Of a stretch of DNA of 64,000 bases, positions 62,542-64,000 are shown piece by piece. A program made the translations under genes and the position numbers. A model generated the notes under the pieces. The model worked only from the letters and a program-made list of their open reading frames with translations. It did not search any database and had not been told where the DNA came from. The stretch lies in assembly GCA_036703055.1 (NCBI GenBank), contig DATNPV010000303.1, positions 20,241 through 84,240 of the forward strand, written 5' to 3'. The DNA comes from Waterburya sp. (GTDB lineage Bacteria > Cyanobacteriota > Cyanobacteriia > Cyanobacteriales > Coleofasciculaceae). Position 1 is the stretch's first letter. Every line of letters starts with the position of its first letter.

Positions 62542-63507
62542 ATGAATTACCGAACCCAATTTCATCATCTTAGTTTAAGAGCTGGATTCCTGCTCTCGTT
62601 GGGGACTTTAATCTTCGCCCATTCGATTCCTGTGGCGGCTCAAACCCCACCGTCTGCTCCAAGACAAATGCCACCGTCTACTCCCGGCGAAATGCCGCCA
62701 TCTGCGCCCAGAGAAATGCCACTACCTCCAGATGCGGGTACTCCTCGACCTGATCAGGTTAATAACAGCTTCAGTGGTGAAGTCGAACGTTATCTGCTCA
62801 CTCCACAAGGGTTTGTCGAAGGTTTAATTCTGAACAATGGCCTGCAAATTAAGTTTCCTCCCCATCTGGGAGAGAGTGTAGTCAACGCCGTCAAAGTGGG
62901 TGATCAAGTCAACGTGATGGGCAATCCCGGCACTCGTAGCCAACTAGGGCAGGAAGTCGCTGCCTACAGGATTACTAATCCTAAATCTGGACGTGAAGTA
63001 TTAGACCAGCCTCCTACCTCTCCCCCAACGCCTCCCAGCGACAGGGGCTACAGCAACTTTTCTGTATCCGGAACTGCCAAAACCTGGATTGTAGGACGCG
63101 AGAGCGAACTCAATGGCGTTATCCTCTCCGATGGCTCTCAAGTCAGGTTTCCTCCTAATGTCGGCAACCAGTTAAAGAACCGGGCAAGACCAGGAGTTAG
63201 CATCCAAGCACAAGGATTTGGAATAAAAAGTAGTTACGGAAAAGCCTTAGAGGCAACATCCTTAGCTGTGGATGGTCAGAGCATCGCTATTGCTCCTCCA
63301 TCGGACGATCGCTCTCCCGGCTCACAACCCGACGTTAAGCCAGGGCAACCCCCCATTACGCCACCGGATGCCATGCCAGGGCAACCCCCCGTTACGCCAC
63401 CGGATGCCATGCCAGGGCAACCTCCCATTATGCCACCAGATGCCAGATCGGGTGAGTCTCCTGTCCCGCCACCTGCATCTAATTTGCCTCCAAGATTCAG
63501 ACGCTAG
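62542..63507 (+). CDS. secreted Pro-rich protein with duplicated ~60-aa domain and tandem-repeat termini
   Basis: Signal peptide. N-terminal PPSAPRQM/PPSTPGEM/PPSAPREM repeats (24-bp x3 at 62650..62721). Two homologous modules (...NNGLQIKFPPHLG... / ...SDGSQVRFPPNVG...). C-terminal KPGQPPITPPDAMPGQPPVTPPDAMPGQPPIMPPDA (33-bp x3 at 63339..63437). Confidence 0.7.
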   Translation: MNYRTQFHHLSLRAGFLLSLGTLIFAHSIPVAAQTPPSAPRQMPPSTPGEMPPSAPREMPLPPDAGTPRPDQVNNSFSGEVERYLLTPQGFVEGLILNNGLQIKFPPHLGESVVNAVKVGDQVNVMGNPGTRSQLGQEVAAYRITNPKSGREVLDQPPTSPPTPPSDRGYSNFSVSGTAKTWIVGRESELNGVILSDGSQVRFPPNVGNQLKNRARPGVSIQAQGFGIKSSYGKALEATSLAVDGQSIAIAPPSDDRSPGSQPDVKPGQPPITPPDAMPGQPPVTPPDAMPGQPPIMPPDARSGESPVPPPASNLPPRFRR

Positions 63508-63677
63508 TACCGCTCCCTTGGAATTCACGCATTCAAAATTCACCACAACCCCGCTCTTGTAGCCCCCGTCTTTTTAAGCGGGGAAGGAATGGGCGGGCGG
63601 GGTTGTTCATCGTTCATAGCTAGGGCGTCATATCGTCCGAGTGAAGAGAAAGTCGTACAAAGCGCCCTGTTCATTGC

Positions 63678-63726
63678 CATGAACCATGAACCATGAGCCA
63701 TGAACTATGAACCATGAACCATGAAC
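63678..63726. repeat. STRR-type heptamer tandem repeat (CATGAAC x7, two variant units)
   Basis: catgaaccatgaaccatgagccatgaactatgaaccatgaaccatgaac. Confidence 0.75.
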
Positions 63727-63765
63727 GGCGAATCCCCGTCCTCACGAAGTAGGGCGGGATGCCCT

Positions 63766-64000
63766 TCAAAGTTTCTCTAAATAGCTCAACAGATCGGCCA
63801 TTTCCTGGGAACTGGGCTGGAATTTTGGCATAGGTGGTGTCTGACCACTGGTTACTTGATGAATCAGGCTAATTTTGGACTTCCGCTTGGAAACATGTTG
63901 CAAGCTTGGTCCTACCCGACCATCCGCCTGTAATCCGTGGCAGCCAGCACAGTTAATCTCAAAGATGTCATGACCTCGCACTGGATCGCCGGTCAGTGAC
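63766..64000 (-). CDS. c-type cytochrome (cytochrome c6/c553-like), C-terminal part; gene continues beyond window end
   Basis: Heme-binding CAGCHG preceded by IFEINC; the frame stays open to position 64000 (…SLTGDPVRGHDIFEIN…), so the N-terminus and signal peptide lie outside the window. Confidence 0.75.
   Translation of the reverse strand, partial: SLTGDPVRGHDIFEINCAGCHGLQADGRVGPSLQHVSKRKSKISLIHQVTSGQTPPMPKFQPSSQEMADLLSYLEKL

Overview
This 64-kb window is cyanobacterial chromosome, probably from a filamentous Nostocales-type organism. The evidence is many GCGATCGC (HIP1) sites, heptameric STRR-like tandem repeats, an expanded Uma2 endonuclease family member, pentapeptide-repeat and Ser/Thr-kinase-WD40 proteins, and paired glycosyltransferases that may be HpsE-like. 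The supplied ORF track omits edge-truncated genes; I recovered two partial genes by hand translation, a PixJ/TaxD-like HAMP-GAF sensor at 1..1534 (- strand) and a c-type cytochrome at 63766..64000 (- strand). Housekeeping content is miaB, gloA, eno, cbiG-cobJ, purK, sat, cysC, a carotenoid oxygenase, an enolase-adjacent glyoxalase, an alcohol dehydrogenase, a hydantoinase/oxoprolinase, a GH13 enzyme and others. Less ordinary content: (i) a lower-GC island at 1992..~6900 carrying a candidate double-glycine-leader peptide precursor, a 1.9-kb AT-rich non-coding stretch, a CHR-family (ChrA/SrpC-like) transporter and a sulfotransferase, immediately followed by sat and cysC (a PAPS-supply module); (ii) two uncharacterized small genes and tandem GT2 paralogs next to it; (iii) a class-III adenylate cyclase upstream of an ABC-2 transporter whose two large paralogous permeases differ by a coiled-coil insertion; (iv) several CRP-type palindromes (TGTGAC-N4-GTCACG); (v) a roughly 104-bp MITE-like element in three copies and a 22-26-bp REP-like palindrome in three copies; (vi) two decayed genes, an FhaB/TPS-type gene and a multi-PAS histidine kinase. 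I found no CRISPR arrays and no rRNA or tRNA genes. All functional calls come from reading translated sequence and motif memory, not from database searches.
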